Shown: in pieces, positions 44,701 to 55,393 of the stretch
Numbering within the stretch: the first letter of the stretch is position 1
Layout of the letters: every line of letters begins with the position of its first letter
Assembly (NCBI GenBank): GCA_022711575.1
Contig: JAKLES010000001.1
Location: 1-58,487 of the forward strand
Source: Deltaproteobacteria bacterium
Lineage (GTDB): Bacteria; Desulfobacterota; Syntrophia; Syntrophales; Smithellaceae
Direction of reading: 5' to 3'
DNA: 58,487 nucleotides
Position numbers and translations under genes: made by a program
Notes under the pieces: model-generated
Told to the model about the DNA's origin: nothing
What the model saw: only the letters and a program-made list of their open reading frames with translations
The model's database searches: none

Positions 44701-47325
44701 CTAGAGGAACTTAAACAGGCGGCGGCGCAACACTTCCAGTTGCGCCCGATTATCCGTCAGGCTGAAAGTGACTTCTCTTTTACCGCCTTTTTCTTCTTTG
44801 GCTTGTGAGATAATTAATTCGGCGCCTTCCAGAAATTTGATGGCATTTTGATAATTGGCCTGCGAAAGGGCTTCGGCGCGTAATATTTCTCCTTTGCTAA
44901 ACATCCGTTCTCCCAAAGGCCGAATCTTGGCCAGCCATTCTTTTTGCGTCAACGGTTTTTTCTTGAGATAAACCATACTGCGAATGACGATCCAGCACGA
45001 CTCCAGGTAGTTGTGGACAAGTCCGGCAAAAGGCTTTAATCTCGCACCGCCTTTGCTTTTGACTTCGATCCAGACTTCGCCCTCCCGCTCGGTGGTAACA
45101 ATCATGGACCTCGTGTGTAAATAAGAAAGAACATCATTAACTTCTTCCACATCATCACGTCTCTCGTCAAAAATAAACTCATTCCACAAGAGCCACTTCA
45201 GAAATTTATAGTCTCCCGTAATCTTCGCCAGGGATATGACATCTTCAGGATTTTTCACCATAGATGTTGCGACAAAACAAATGGGCATAAAGAAATGCAG
45301 AATGTTGTTTTTGTAGTATTCAAGATTCAGTCTTTTAGGATCAGGAAGAGAATACACGATATCCTGCATTTCATCCTCTTCCTCCTCATCGGCTTCAATC
45401 TTGGAAATAATACCCGTTGAGTCGAAGATGTTCAGAGCATCGGCAATCGCTTTCTCCCGATGTGCAAACGTTGCGGCAAATTTCACATGCCTGGTGAATA
45501 AATACTGATAAAACTCATTTAATATTCCATTTAATTCATCATGAGATATGCCTCGCCGATCATGGCTTAAAAGGCCAGACGCCACCAGCGCAAACGGCGT
45601 AACCACTGAAACCTTGTTAATCTCCAGAACGACTTCATACCCGATTTTTCGATAAAGACTTTGACGTTCATCCATCGTCATCTGTTCCATGGACTTATCC
45701 TGCGCCGCCAGATAGTCTTTCATGATGATCGGCTCGCCGACATTGATATAAACCCTACCGTATCTCTTGCGCAACATTCTGGTACTTTTAATAATTTCAG
45801 CGGTATTCTCCTGAACCTTGGGCGCCCCGGATAATTCTTTCAGATAGGAGCGTTCCTCAATGACACGGTCATATCCAATAAACAAGGGCACAGCAGCCAT
45901 ATTTTCGCAATACTTGTCTTGATAGGCCTGAATAATCATCGACAACAAACCATATTTAGGCATAACCATTTTTCCGGTCCGGCTTCTGCCACCTTCAATG
46001 AAAAATTCCAGCGGAAGACCCTCGTGCAGAAGCGTGGCCATATATTTGGAAAAGACTTCTCCATAAAGATCGTTACCCCGAAAACTGCGCCGGAGGAAGA
46101 AAGCACCGGAACGGCGAAAAATGAACCCCAGTGGGAAAAAAGAAAGATTGTTACCCGCGGCAATGAACGGCATCTGAATATTATTTTTATAAAAGACATA
46201 AGAAAGCAGCAGATAATCAATATGGCTGCGATGACAGGAAATGATGACAAAGGGCATCTTTTTGGACAAAGTGCGAATTTTGGCAAGCCCTTCAGAATCA
46301 ATAGAAAGACCGTCATAAACCGTGTTCCAAATCCAGCTGAGCAGCTTGTCCCAAAGTTCAATAAACATTTCCCGATAATCAGCGGCAATTTCGTAAAGAT
46401 AACGGCGGGCATCTTTTACAATTACAGCTCTGTTCTTTTTAGTTTTCTGGGCATAATCATCCATGAATCGATTCAGTTTCGGATCGTGCATCACCATGCC
46501 GATGAGCTCTTCGCGCGATTTTAAAGCGGGCCCGACCACCGCTGTCTTTTCTTCTTCAATCCGGTCGATCAATTCTCCGCGTAATTCATGAATCAGTTCG
46601 TCCTGGGTCAGATTCCCTCCGGCAGATAAATAATCAGCCAGGTTGACCGGTTCTGTGGGAATCACAAAGGCTTTCTTCGAATAGCGGATGAAAGTGATCA
46701 AACGCCGAAGTGTGCCTGTATGTTCCATCTGTCCGAAAAGGATGTTAAAAAGGCCTTCATCTTCCTTTTCCCGGCGGCGACCATAGGCCACGAGAACCGG
46801 CACGATAAAGATGGGAAAGGAAACTGTGCTCTGCAGGTTGATCAGACTGGCCAACGCATCTTCAGCAAAACGATTTTCAATAAATTCCGACTCACCCAGA
46901 TGGATAACAATGCTTTCTTTTCCAGCGACTTTTCTTTTTAGAAAATCCAGCTTGCCCTGACGCGTGATCGTTTTGCTGCGGAAACGGCGTAAAAAAGATG
47001 ACCAAAGAAATTTCAGCATCTTGGGCAGGGGTTGCCAATACGACATGCTCATATCATGACAGTAAACCGGTCTGGCCAAGCCATTACGGCCGGTAATTTC
47101 GGCAATAATCAGGCTGTTGAGTTTACTTCTCTGCTTGATTGCGTAAACGATAACACCCTCACCGGCAAGTTCCTTAAGAGCTTTGACTTCTTCATCAGCG
47201 ATGGAAACACGCGAAAGATAAGCTTTCGCTAACTGAAAACGCCAGAAATCCTGTTTGTCATAAAGACAGCCGGCATAGTATTCATTTTCATGACGATCGG
47301 CGACTGTTGGTCCTTTTTCACTCAT
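44701..47325 (-). CDS. plsB: Glycerol-3-phosphate 1-O-acyltransferase PlsB
   Basis: About 874 aa, with the acyltransferase H(X)4D motif SCHRSHIDYLLL, FFLRRSF, and FIEGGRSRTGK. ATG at 47325 (MSEKGP); the track start at 47331 is a TTG. Confidence 0.9.
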   Translation of the reverse strand: MSEKGPTVADRHENEYYAGCLYDKQDFWRFQLAKAYLSRVSIADEEVKALKELAGEGVIVYAIKQRSKLNSLIIAEITGRNGLARPVYCHDMSMSYWQPLPKMLKFLWSSFLRRFRSKTITRQGKLDFLKRKVAGKESIVIHLGESEFIENRFAEDALASLINLQSTVSFPIFIVPVLVAYGRRREKEDEGLFNILFGQMEHTGTLRRLITFIRYSKKAFVIPTEPVNLADYLSAGGNLTQDELIHELRGELIDRIEEEKTAVVGPALKSREELIGMVMHDPKLNRFMDDYAQKTKKNRAVIVKDARRYLYEIAADYREMFIELWDKLLSWIWNTVYDGLSIDSEGLAKIRTLSKKMPFVIISCHRSHIDYLLLSYVFYKNNIQMPFIAAGNNLSFFPLGFIFRRSGAFFLRRSFRGNDLYGEVFSKYMATLLHEGLPLEFFIEGGRSRTGKMVMPKYGLLSMIIQAYQDKYCENMAAVPLFIGYDRVIEERSYLKELSGAPKVQENTAEIIKSTRMLRKRYGRVYINVGEPIIMKDYLAAQDKSMEQMTMDERQSLYRKIGYEVVLEINKVSVVTPFALVASGLLSHDRRGISHDELNGILNEFYQYLFTRHVKFAATFAHREKAIADALNIFDSTGIISKIEADEEEEDEMQDIVYSLPDPKRLNLEYYKNNILHFFMPICFVATSMVKNPEDVISLAKITGDYKFLKWLLWNEFIFDERRDDVEEVNDVLSYLHTRSMIVTTEREGEVWIEVKSKGGARLKPFAGLVHNYLESCWIVIRSMVYLKKKPLTQKEWLAKIRPLGERMFSKGEILRAEALSQANYQNAIKFLEGAELIISQAKEEKGGKREVTFSLTDNRAQLEVLRRRLFKFL

Positions 47326-47376
47326 AATCAATCCGATTTATTCTATTGAATTTTAATGTAAATAAGGCTCTGGAAT

Positions 47377-49161
47377 CTATATTTCCTTCTTTTGAAATTC
47401 ATCTGGAAAGCGATCGCTCATATAATCCTGAACATAAGCCCGCACCTCAACGGCATTGTTAAAAGACATTGCCTGATTCAGGAGTTCCCGGGAATCTGCA
47501 AGAGTTGACTGTTGTATAATTCGTTTGATGCGGGGAATAGCCAGGTGATTCATACTTAATTCGTCCAACTGCATTCCTACAAGAATCAGACAACAAAGAG
47601 GGTCCCCTGCCATTTCTCCGCACATAGCCACACGAATTTTTGCTTTGTGAGCTTGATCTACAATTCTTTTGATTAACCTCAAAACAGCAGGATGCAACGG
47701 TTCGTAAAGATAGGTAACTCTTTCGTTGGAACGATCGATCGCGAGCGCATACTGAATCAAATCGTTGGTGCCGATACTGAAATAATCGACTTCCTGCGCA
47801 AGCTGATCGGCAATAACGGCGGCTGCCGGCACTTCGATCATCACCCCGATGTCCATCCGTTCGGCAATCGTCACCCCCTGGCCTAAAAGCTCCTGGCGGG
47901 TTTCTTCCAGTAACCGCTTGGCTTCACGGATTTCTTCGATGCCGGAAATCATCGGGAAAAGAATTTTAACTCTTCCAAGGGCACTCACGCGCCAGATGGC
48001 CCTGAGCTGCGTTTTGAAAATCTCAATCTCCTTCAAACAGAAACGAATGGCCCGTAATCCCATTTGTGGATTTAATTCTTTAGCCTGTTTTTGATATTTA
48101 GTAAATTTATCGCCACCCAAGTCAAATGTGCGGATGGTTGCCCACGATAATTTTTTTTCTGTCACAACCTGACGATAATTATTGAAATGATCTTCTTCCG
48201 TTGGCAAATCATCCCTATAGATATAGAGAAATTCCGTGCGGTAAAGCCCGATATGCTCCGCTCCATGAACAATCGCCGAAGGAATCTCTTCTATAAATTC
48301 GATGTTAGAACCGATTTGCACATGGTAATGATCCAGCGTCACGGCGGGCAGCTTGGCATATTTAAGATACTCGTCTTTCGCGTCGTCATAATGACGCTTC
48401 TTTTCTTCATATCTTTTGAGCATGTCAGGGTAAGGATTGACCACTACAAGTCCCGACGTCCCGTCAACGATTATTTCATCGCCCGTGCGGACAAAGCGGG
48501 TGACGTTATCAAGGCCGACGACAGCAGGCAATTCCATGGATCGGGCAACAATCGCAGTATGCGAGGTACGACCGCCACTGTCGGTGGCAAAACCGACGAT
48601 TTTGTCCAGTTTCATTTGCGCCGTATCAGCCGGTGACAGATCATGTGAAACGATAACCACACCTTCATGGCCGACTTCCCAAACTTTTTCATGTTTTTCA
48701 CCGGACAGATTACGCAAAATCCGCTGGACAACGTACTGCACATCGCTGATGCGGCCACTGATATAAACATCCTCCAGGGCTTCAAAGACCTGCTTGTAAT
48801 GATCCAGCGTCATGCGCAAGGCCCATTCGGCGTTGACACCAAAACGGCGAATATATTTGATGGTACGGTTGATGAATTTTTTATCCGATAAGAGTAAGAT
48901 GTGAACATCGATAATATAAAGGGGTTCGGTCACTTTTGTTTTTTTGAGATTTTCCTGAATTTCCAAGAGCTGTCGTGTTGATTCTTTCAGGGCAATCTTA
49001 AAACGATTAACTTCATGAGGGATTAATTCATCGTTATTGAGTTTATAAAAAGATATTTGGGCGTCCAGCGGATCAAAGCGGTAAACTTTACCGATAACGA
49101 TTCCCGGAGAAACGCCAATTCCCTTAAGAACAAAAGTTTTTTTGCCTTGATCAGACGTCAT
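47377..49161 (-). CDS. ptsI: Phosphoenolpyruvate--protein phosphotransferase (PTS enzyme I)
   Basis: GGRTSHTAIVARSMELPAVVG (phospho-His), GLRAIRF, FSIGTNDL, and the C-terminal CGEMAGDP. Confidence 0.95.
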   Translation of the reverse strand: MTSDQGKKTFVLKGIGVSPGIVIGKVYRFDPLDAQISFYKLNNDELIPHEVNRFKIALKESTRQLLEIQENLKKTKVTEPLYIIDVHILLLSDKKFINRTIKYIRRFGVNAEWALRMTLDHYKQVFEALEDVYISGRISDVQYVVQRILRNLSGEKHEKVWEVGHEGVVIVSHDLSPADTAQMKLDKIVGFATDSGGRTSHTAIVARSMELPAVVGLDNVTRFVRTGDEIIVDGTSGLVVVNPYPDMLKRYEEKKRHYDDAKDEYLKYAKLPAVTLDHYHVQIGSNIEFIEEIPSAIVHGAEHIGLYRTEFLYIYRDDLPTEEDHFNNYRQVVTEKKLSWATIRTFDLGGDKFTKYQKQAKELNPQMGLRAIRFCLKEIEIFKTQLRAIWRVSALGRVKILFPMISGIEEIREAKRLLEETRQELLGQGVTIAERMDIGVMIEVPAAAVIADQLAQEVDYFSIGTNDLIQYALAIDRSNERVTYLYEPLHPAVLRLIKRIVDQAHKAKIRVAMCGEMAGDPLCCLILVGMQLDELSMNHLAIPRIKRIIQQSTLADSRELLNQAMSFNNAVEVRAYVQDYMSDRFPDEFQKKEI

Positions 49162-49169
49162 GTTAGATT

Positions 49170-49430
49170 TTATTCTTCTCCAAATTTATTTTCAATCAAA
49201 TCTTCGAGCTCAACCAACGCCTGGGAAGCATCAGCCCCTTCGGCGCTTACCGTTATCATACCGCCCATCGGGCAAGCAAGGGTCAAAATTCCCAGAATGC
49301 TCTTTCCATTAACAGTTTGACCGTTACGCTCAATAAATATTTCGGCTTGATACTTCTGTGCAATGCGGACAAACAACGCAGCTGCGCGTGCATGCATGCC
49401 TAATTTATTTTTCAATTTAAATGTTTTCAT
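49170..49430 (-). CDS. ptsH: HPr phosphocarrier protein
   Basis: KNKLGMHARAAALFV (active His) and NGKSILGILTL (regulatory Ser region). The ATG at 49430 overlaps the IID stop (ATGA). The track start at 49439 is a GTG. Confidence 0.9.
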   Translation of the reverse strand: MKTFKLKNKLGMHARAAALFVRIAQKYQAEIFIERNGQTVNGKSILGILTLACPMGGMITVSAEGADASQALVELEDLIENKFGEE

Positions 49431-50188
49431 TTCCAACACAGTAATAAGTCTCTTGATGAATAAATCATAAACAGTAGCGCTGCTCCATATAGGATATAAA
49501 TCTGCGATACACCTTTTTTAATCAACCACCAACAAGACAAGATGATGACGAGCATGGCCATCGCGACAACCAACCGATGTGTTCCGGCAAAGACCGAATG
49601 CCCCTCCTGCAAAAGCCAAGTGCCACAGCCCGAAAGGACAACCAGGGATAACCATCGCACCCGGGCGCCAATGCTCGGCAAGTCAATTTTGCGAATAAAT
49701 TCAATCCCCTGCTTTCCCCAACGGTAACCTTCCATAAACCCTTTCAGTCTGACCCAGACGTGCGCGGGTGTATAAAATATTATGAAAGCTAACGGTGCAA
49801 AAAGATAGCCAAGTCCAGCCAAACTAACCGCGATAATTCCCGCACAGGGTCGAAGCACACCCCAGAAAAAAGTATCGCCAATCGCGGCGTAGGGACTCAT
49901 CAAGCTTTGTTTAACCATCACGATGATAGCGGCATCATCTCCGGCTTGCCGCTCTTCTTCCATCCGGATTATCGAGCCGATCAACGGCGCAGATAAATAT
50001 GGGTGCGTGTTAAACATCTGCAAGTGACGGGTCAGCATTTCTTTTTCATCCCCGCCGGATAATTTCCGTTCCCGGAGAAGCGGAATCATCGAATATGCGA
50101 AACCAAGATTTTGCATTCGTCGAAAGTTCAGTGTGGTGTGGATGAAAAAAGATCTCAAAAATATTTTAATTAAAGATTCTCTTTTCAT
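49427..50188 (-). CDS. PTS mannose/fructose/sorbose-family IID-like membrane component
   Basis: FLRSFFIHTTLNFRRMQNLGFAYSMIP, RHLQMFNTHPY, MSPYAAIGDTFFW. No IIA, IIB or IIC gene is adjacent. Confidence 0.75.
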   Translation of the reverse strand: MKRESLIKIFLRSFFIHTTLNFRRMQNLGFAYSMIPLLRERKLSGGDEKEMLTRHLQMFNTHPYLSAPLIGSIIRMEEERQAGDDAAIIVMVKQSLMSPYAAIGDTFFWGVLRPCAGIIAVSLAGLGYLFAPLAFIIFYTPAHVWVRLKGFMEGYRWGKQGIEFIRKIDLPSIGARVRWLSLVVLSGCGTWLLQEGHSVFAGTHRLVVAMAMLVIILSCWWLIKKGVSQIYILYGAALLFMIYSSRDLLLCWK

Positions 50189-50449
50189 TTTTTATGGACC
50201 CAGACGCATAGATCTTGATTATTTTCATATTTTTATGTGCCGAAGGAACTAACATAAATGGCAGGTTAAGTCAATTTAATCAGGGCGTATGGATAAGCTT
50301 TTAATTTTTCTTGACAGGTGTTTTTTTTGCTGTTAAGGACACGCCGGTTTTTAATGCCAATAGCGACGTGGATATTTCTTGATTCCTTGTGTTGTTCCGC
50401 AACGTCTAAATATTTTCGCGTAATTTATTATAGAAGGGGGTTGTACAAA

Positions 50450-50728
50450 ATGCTTTGTCAGACAGTTAAAAATGGAGTGGAATGCGCTTTTATGAGCAAA
50501 AAAGGCTGTGGCTTTTTCGGCGGCAGCTGTGTTGTGATCATCGACAAATGCGGTGATTGCAGTAAAATTTTCGAATACGAAACCGGTAAGTATTGCAAGG
50601 TCTATCCGGATCCAAAAAGCAAGTGGATGACCGGCAACTGCCCAAGCGCATCACACGTTAAATTGGAAATTAAGGAAACTCAGAAGATTAACCCGCTCAA
50701 AGCTTCCAAAAGGTCGAGTAAGAAATAA
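50450..50728 (+). CDS. PxxKW-family cysteine-rich small protein (92 aa)
   Basis: ATG at 50450 with AGGGGG 9 nt upstream. Eight Cys residues (C..V..G.EC.....KGCG..GG.C....DKCGDC) and the eponymous PDPKSKW motif. Family name is from memory of NCBI naming. Confidence 0.65.
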   Translation: MLCQTVKNGVECAFMSKKGCGFFGGSCVVIIDKCGDCSKIFEYETGKYCKVYPDPKSKWMTGNCPSASHVKLEIKETQKINPLKASKRSSKK

Positions 50729-50743
50729 CGATTTTTGCGCTTT

Positions 50744-50788
50744 ATGAGCTAAAAAGCCGGCAACCATTTTGCCGGCTTTTTAGCTCAT
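50744..50788. terminator. Perfect 19-bp palindromic bidirectional terminator overlapping the merR-family stop codon
   Basis: ATGAGCTAAAAAGCCGGCA (50744-50762) pairs perfectly with TGCCGGCTTTTTAGCTCAT (50770-50788) around a 7-nt loop. A/T tracts flank the GC core on both strands. Confidence 0.75.
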
Positions 50789-51118
50789 AATCTTTTTTAT
50801 TTGCTGTAATTCCCTTTTGATCAAAATTAATTTTTCATCATGGCCGGCCGTGAGCGACGCTTCATCGTCATGGCGCATTTTCATCAGTTGCTTTTTGGCG
50901 CCGTTGATCGTGAAGCGCTGCTGGTAGAGAAGATTGCGTATTGTTAATAATTCTTCAACATCTTTTTTCCGGTAAAGACGCTGAGCCGCTTTTGTCCTTA
51001 CCGGTCTGACCGTCTTAAATTCAGTCTCCCAATAACGAATAACATAAGGTTCAACGCTGAGGATTTTGCTCACTTCTCCAATACGGAAATAAGCCTTTTC
51101 GGGAATTATGTTATCCAT
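50780..51118 (-). CDS. MerR-family transcriptional regulator
   Basis: HTH YFRIGEVSKILSVEPYVIRYWETEF; 112 aa. Lies downstream of ihfA. Confidence 0.85.
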   Translation of the reverse strand: MDNIIPEKAYFRIGEVSKILSVEPYVIRYWETEFKTVRPVRTKAAQRLYRKKDVEELLTIRNLLYQQRFTINGAKKQLMKMRHDDEASLTAGHDEKLILIKRELQQIKKIMS

Positions 51119-51241
51119 ACAATTCCTGAATCCTTGCGGAGAAATACATCTGCAATCCTAACCATAAAAAAACTTCGCATTGAAAGCGGAATTAAAAAGC
51201 TTTTTAAAAGTTTAGGACCATTTGTGCAGTTGAATAAATTA

Positions 51242-51517
51242 TTAACCGTTTAGGGATTTACGCAACACCTGAGAGGATTTAAAAGTCAAAACCCGGCGTG
51301 CGGTAATGGATATTTCCTGTCCGGTCTGGGGATTACGGCCTCGTCTGGCGCGTTTCTCTTTAACCATGAAATTTCCGAAACCGGAAATTTTAACTCTCTC
51401 ACCTTGCGCAAGGCTGTCTTTGATGATGTCAAACACGGATTCAACAATATCCGCTGATTCTTTTTTGGAAAAACCGAGTTTTTCGTAAACATTCTGGATA
51501 ATATCAATCTTCGTCAT
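51242..51517 (-). CDS. ihfA: Integration host factor subunit alpha (HU/IHF family)
   Basis: The motif GFGNFMVKEKRARRGRNPQTGQEI.I..RRV.TFK, and the position downstream of pheST. Confidence 0.9.
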   Translation of the reverse strand: MTKIDIIQNVYEKLGFSKKESADIVESVFDIIKDSLAQGERVKISGFGNFMVKEKRARRGRNPQTGQEISITARRVLTFKSSQVLRKSLNG

Positions 51518-51550
51518 TTCTTTTCCTCCGTTTTAACGTCATGTAAACTA

Positions 51551-53959
51551 TTAGGTTCTTATTTTTGCACCCGTCAGCCGGACCGTGTTGTGAACAATTT
51601 TGTCATGGATAGAATTGATTTCCGTATCCGTTAAAGTTCTGTCGAAAGCACGATAAGAGAATCTTAACCCGACACTCTTTGCCCATTCGCCAAGACTTTT
51701 GCCAACGTATATATCAAAAATCACCACATTTTCAAGCAAATCTTCACGTTGGCTTAAAACAATTTCCAGCATCTTTTCCGCTTCCATTGAGGCAGGAATT
51801 ACAAAAGCGACATCACGGGTGACTGCCGGAAATTTGGATATTTCCTTGTAACTTATTTGCTGTTTGATCTGTTGGACCAGCAGATCAAGATTAATTTCAA
51901 ATAGATAAGCGGCACCCCTAATATCCATTTTCTGCATCACATCCGGATGCGCTTGGCCTAAATAACCGATCCGCGTCTCATTTTCATACACGCCACATGA
52001 TTGACCGGGGTGTAAAAATGGTTCTGATATTTCAGCGCGATAACGGCACTGCTCCAGCTTTAAATCATAAAAAATATTTTCCAGAGAGCCTTTAAGATCG
52101 TAAAAATCAACATTCGCTTTCGCTCCCCAAAGGTCTTCTGATGCCTTTCCAGACAAAAGACCTGCCAGAATATTCTTTTCTTCAGGCAATTCTCCCGCTT
52201 TAAGCTTCAGAAAGACACGTCCTATTTCAAAGATTTTTAAGTTGAACGATGCATTGTTAATATTTTTCTTGAGGCTCTCCAGCAACCCGTAAGCCATGGT
52301 TGTGCGCATCACCGATTGCTCTTCCGTCAGCGGATTTTTGATGACCACGAAGTTGCGCCGTTCATCTTCTTGAGGCAAACAAAGATAATCAACTGAGGCG
52401 GCTGATGTAAAGCTGTAATTGATAATTTCTGAATAGCCGCTGCCGATGAGTAATTGACGGACCCTTTCCTCCAGATCCAGGCGGGGAATGCTTGCCATCT
52501 CTGTCACCGAAACGGCGGGCAAGGTCACTGGCACGTGATCATAACCATACAACCGCACAACCTCTTCGATTAAATCAATCTCTCTTTCTATATCTACCCG
52601 ATAGGTCGGTGGCGTCACAAGATATTTCCCCTTGCCCCCCTGACGCACAATCATGCCGATACTCTTCAGGGTGCGAACAACGTCTTTGACGGCAATGGCC
52701 GTACCAATTATTTCACGAATTCTATCCAGACGGAGGGGAATGTTCTCAACAGCCTTAATTTTTTTCGGGTATTCATCAATATAATTTTTACAGATGGATC
52801 CTCCGGAAAGATCAGCAATTAATTGCGCCGCGCGATTAAGCGCCCGAATTACGCCTTCCGGGTCAATGCCTCTTTCAAAACGAAAAGCGGCATCAGTCGG
52901 CATTGCCAAACGGCGTGATGAACGGCGAATGGAAGAAGGATTAAAATAGGCGCTCTCCAGGAAAATGACCTGCGTATCATCCTTGACTTCAGAATTGAGC
53001 CCCCCCATAATTCCGCCGATGGCCACAGGCTTTTTGCCGTCGCATATTAATACCGAGTCGTCGGGAAGAATGTGGCTTTTCTCGTCCAGTGAAACAAAGA
53101 CTTCACCTGTTTTTGATTTACGCACAACGATACGCCCCTCTTCCAGGAAACGAAAATCAAAAGCATGCAGCGGCTGACCCATCTCCAGCATGACGAAGTT
53201 CGTCACATCTACAACATTATTGATTGCGCGCAAGCCTGCTGCTTCCAGTCTCGTCTTCATCCAGATCGGAGAGTCACCGATTTTAACATTTTTGATCATC
53301 CTGGCTGAATAACGCGGACACAGATCCGCATCCACAATGGATACCGAAGAAAGAGAGGAAATATCTTCGACTGATTCTTTGATCTTGAGAACCGGCATCT
53401 TAATTTTCTTACCGGTTAATGCGGCGATTTCACGGGCCATCCCGATCATACTCAGACAATCGGAACGGTTCGGTGTTATGCTGACATCCAAAACCGTGTC
53501 GCCCAGATTCAGGGCCGTCTCCAGTGGAATCCCCAGCGTCAGACCGGTCGGTAAATGCATAATACCCGATGCGTCATCACCGATTTCCAGTTCCGACTCC
53601 GAGCAGAGCATACCGTCGGATTTCTCACCTCGCAATACCGTTGATTTGATCGTATATCCGCCGGGAATAACCGCTCCTATTTTTGCCAGTGGCACGATAT
53701 CGCCGGCATTAATGTTTCTAGCTCCGCAAACAACGGGATAGGTTTTGGTTCCATCCGTCACGTCGCATAAAGATAGTTTATCCGCTCCCGGATGCGGCCT
53801 GACGGATGAAATTTTAGCGACTACGACACCGGAAAACTTGTGTGCAACTGCCTTAATCGCATCCACTTCCAGACCGGTCATCGTTAACCGATCGGCAAGC
53901 TCTTGCGCCGTTAATTCCAGATCAATATAATCTTTAAGCCATTTAAGACTAACGAGCAT
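51551..53959 (-). CDS. pheT: Phenylalanine--tRNA ligase beta subunit
   Basis: MLVSLKWLKDYI, tRNA-binding domain, B3/4, B5 and FDX-ACB domains; 802 aa. Confidence 0.97.
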   Translation of the reverse strand: MLVSLKWLKDYIDLELTAQELADRLTMTGLEVDAIKAVAHKFSGVVVAKISSVRPHPGADKLSLCDVTDGTKTYPVVCGARNINAGDIVPLAKIGAVIPGGYTIKSTVLRGEKSDGMLCSESELEIGDDASGIMHLPTGLTLGIPLETALNLGDTVLDVSITPNRSDCLSMIGMAREIAALTGKKIKMPVLKIKESVEDISSLSSVSIVDADLCPRYSARMIKNVKIGDSPIWMKTRLEAAGLRAINNVVDVTNFVMLEMGQPLHAFDFRFLEEGRIVVRKSKTGEVFVSLDEKSHILPDDSVLICDGKKPVAIGGIMGGLNSEVKDDTQVIFLESAYFNPSSIRRSSRRLAMPTDAAFRFERGIDPEGVIRALNRAAQLIADLSGGSICKNYIDEYPKKIKAVENIPLRLDRIREIIGTAIAVKDVVRTLKSIGMIVRQGGKGKYLVTPPTYRVDIEREIDLIEEVVRLYGYDHVPVTLPAVSVTEMASIPRLDLEERVRQLLIGSGYSEIINYSFTSAASVDYLCLPQEDERRNFVVIKNPLTEEQSVMRTTMAYGLLESLKKNINNASFNLKIFEIGRVFLKLKAGELPEEKNILAGLLSGKASEDLWGAKANVDFYDLKGSLENIFYDLKLEQCRYRAEISEPFLHPGQSCGVYENETRIGYLGQAHPDVMQKMDIRGAAYLFEINLDLLVQQIKQQISYKEISKFPAVTRDVAFVIPASMEAEKMLEIVLSQREDLLENVVIFDIYVGKSLGEWAKSVGLRFSYRAFDRTLTDTEINSIHDKIVHNTVRLTGAKIRT

Positions 53960-53973
53960 GAGACGAAGCTCTC

Positions 53974-54990
53974 CTAGAATTGTTTAAGGAATCGGATGTC
54001 GTTTTCAAACAAAAGACGAATATCGGAAATGCCGTATTTCAGCATGGCAATGCGTTCCAGTCCAAGACCAAAAGCGAAACCGGAATAAACCTCCACATCA
54101 TAACCGACATTTTTAAAAACGGCGGGATCAACCATTCCTGACCCTAATATTTCGAGCCAGCCGCTCTGCCCGCAGACACGGCAACCTTTACCCCGACAAA
54201 TGACGCAGCGAATATCCACTTCAGCCGATGGTTCGGTAAAGGGGAAAAAACTGGGACGAAAACGCAAGAGCGTATCGTCACCGAAAACTTTTTTAAGAAA
54301 AGCGGTCAGAATGCCTTTCAGATCGGCAAAACTGATTCCCTGATCAACCAGCAATCCTTCAATTTGATGAAACATCGGGGTATGGGACACATCGGAATCC
54401 GGCCGGTAAACTCGTCCCGGCGACAAAATGCGGACCGGGGGGTTCACTTTTTCCATAATCCTTACCTGAACCGGCGAAGTATGGGTGCGCAGGACCATAT
54501 TATCTTCTATGTAGAAGGTATCCTGCATATCCCGGGCGGGATGATCCTGAGGAATGTTGAGCGCCTCAAAGTTGTAATAGTCCCACTCGACTTCCGGCCC
54601 CTCGACGACCGAAAAACCGAAAGAGGCGAAGATATCACAAATTTCGCGGCGGATTTGAACCACAGGGTGAACTCTGCCCGGACGAACCCCTCTGCCGGGC
54701 AACGTGACATCAATTTTGTCTCTGGCCAGAATTTCTTCTTTTTTATTTTGCGCCTGACTCTTGAGAGCTTCTTCAATTTTTGTTTCCAGAAGCTCCTTCA
54801 CTTCATTGCAACGTTTGCCGAACAGAGGTTTTTCATCTATCGGCACCTGAGCAATATTCCTTAACAGGGAGGTGAGCAGCCCCTTGCGTCCCAGATATTT
54901 TGTTCTTATGGCCAGAATCGAATCTTCAGCCCCGGCTTCTTTCAGTTCGGCAAGAGCGTCCTTCTCCAACTGTTGAAGATCCGCAATCAT
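53974..54990 (-). CDS. pheS: Phenylalanine--tRNA ligase alpha subunit
   Basis: [18 protein letters not shown], and [22 protein letters not shown] overlap with the rplT stop. Confidence 0.97.
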   Translation of the reverse strand: MIADLQQLEKDALAELKEAGAEDSILAIRTKYLGRKGLLTSLLRNIAQVPIDEKPLFGKRCNEVKELLETKIEEALKSQAQNKKEEILARDKIDVTLPGRGVRPGRVHPVVQIRREICDIFASFGFSVVEGPEVEWDYYNFEALNIPQDHPARDMQDTFYIEDNMVLRTHTSPVQVRIMEKVNPPVRILSPGRVYRPDSDVSHTPMFHQIEGLLVDQGISFADLKGILTAFLKKVFGDDTLLRFRPSFFPFTEPSAEVDIRCVICRGKGCRVCGQSGWLEILGSGMVDPAVFKNVGYDVEVYSGFAFGLGLERIAMLKYGISDIRLLFENDIRFLKQF

Positions 54991-55346
54991 GCCGTCTGCT
55001 CACCTTTGGCTGCTGCTACAATCTTCGCGAAACCTTTCGGGTCATTGACAGCCAGTTCGGCCAAAATCTTGCGATCCAGCGCTATGTCTGCCTTCTTCAT
55101 AGCATCCATGAGGCGGCTGTACGAGATGTTGTTCAGGCGGGCAGCAGCGTTGATACGCGCTATCCACAGCTGGCGGAACTCTCTTTTACGACCTCTGCGA
55201 TCTCGATACGCATAACCCAGAGCCTTGTTGACGGCTTCCGTAGCGGTTCGCAGCAGACGGCTGCGCGCGCCAAAGAAACCTTTAGCCCTCTTTAATATTG
55301 ATCTTCTTTTCTTCCGGGCAGTGACGCCTCTTTTTATCCTCGACAT
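54987..55346 (-). CDS. rplT: 50S ribosomal protein L20
   Basis: [15 protein letters not shown]...[25 protein letters not shown] at 55346. Confidence 0.95.
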   Translation of the reverse strand: MSRIKRGVTARKKRRSILKRAKGFFGARSRLLRTATEAVNKALGYAYRDRRGRKREFRQLWIARINAAARLNNISYSRLMDAMKKADIALDRKILAELAVNDPKGFAKIVAAAKGEQTA

Positions 55347-55393
55347 TACTTTTACTCTCCTCAATTAATAACAACTTCACTGATATCTGTAGC

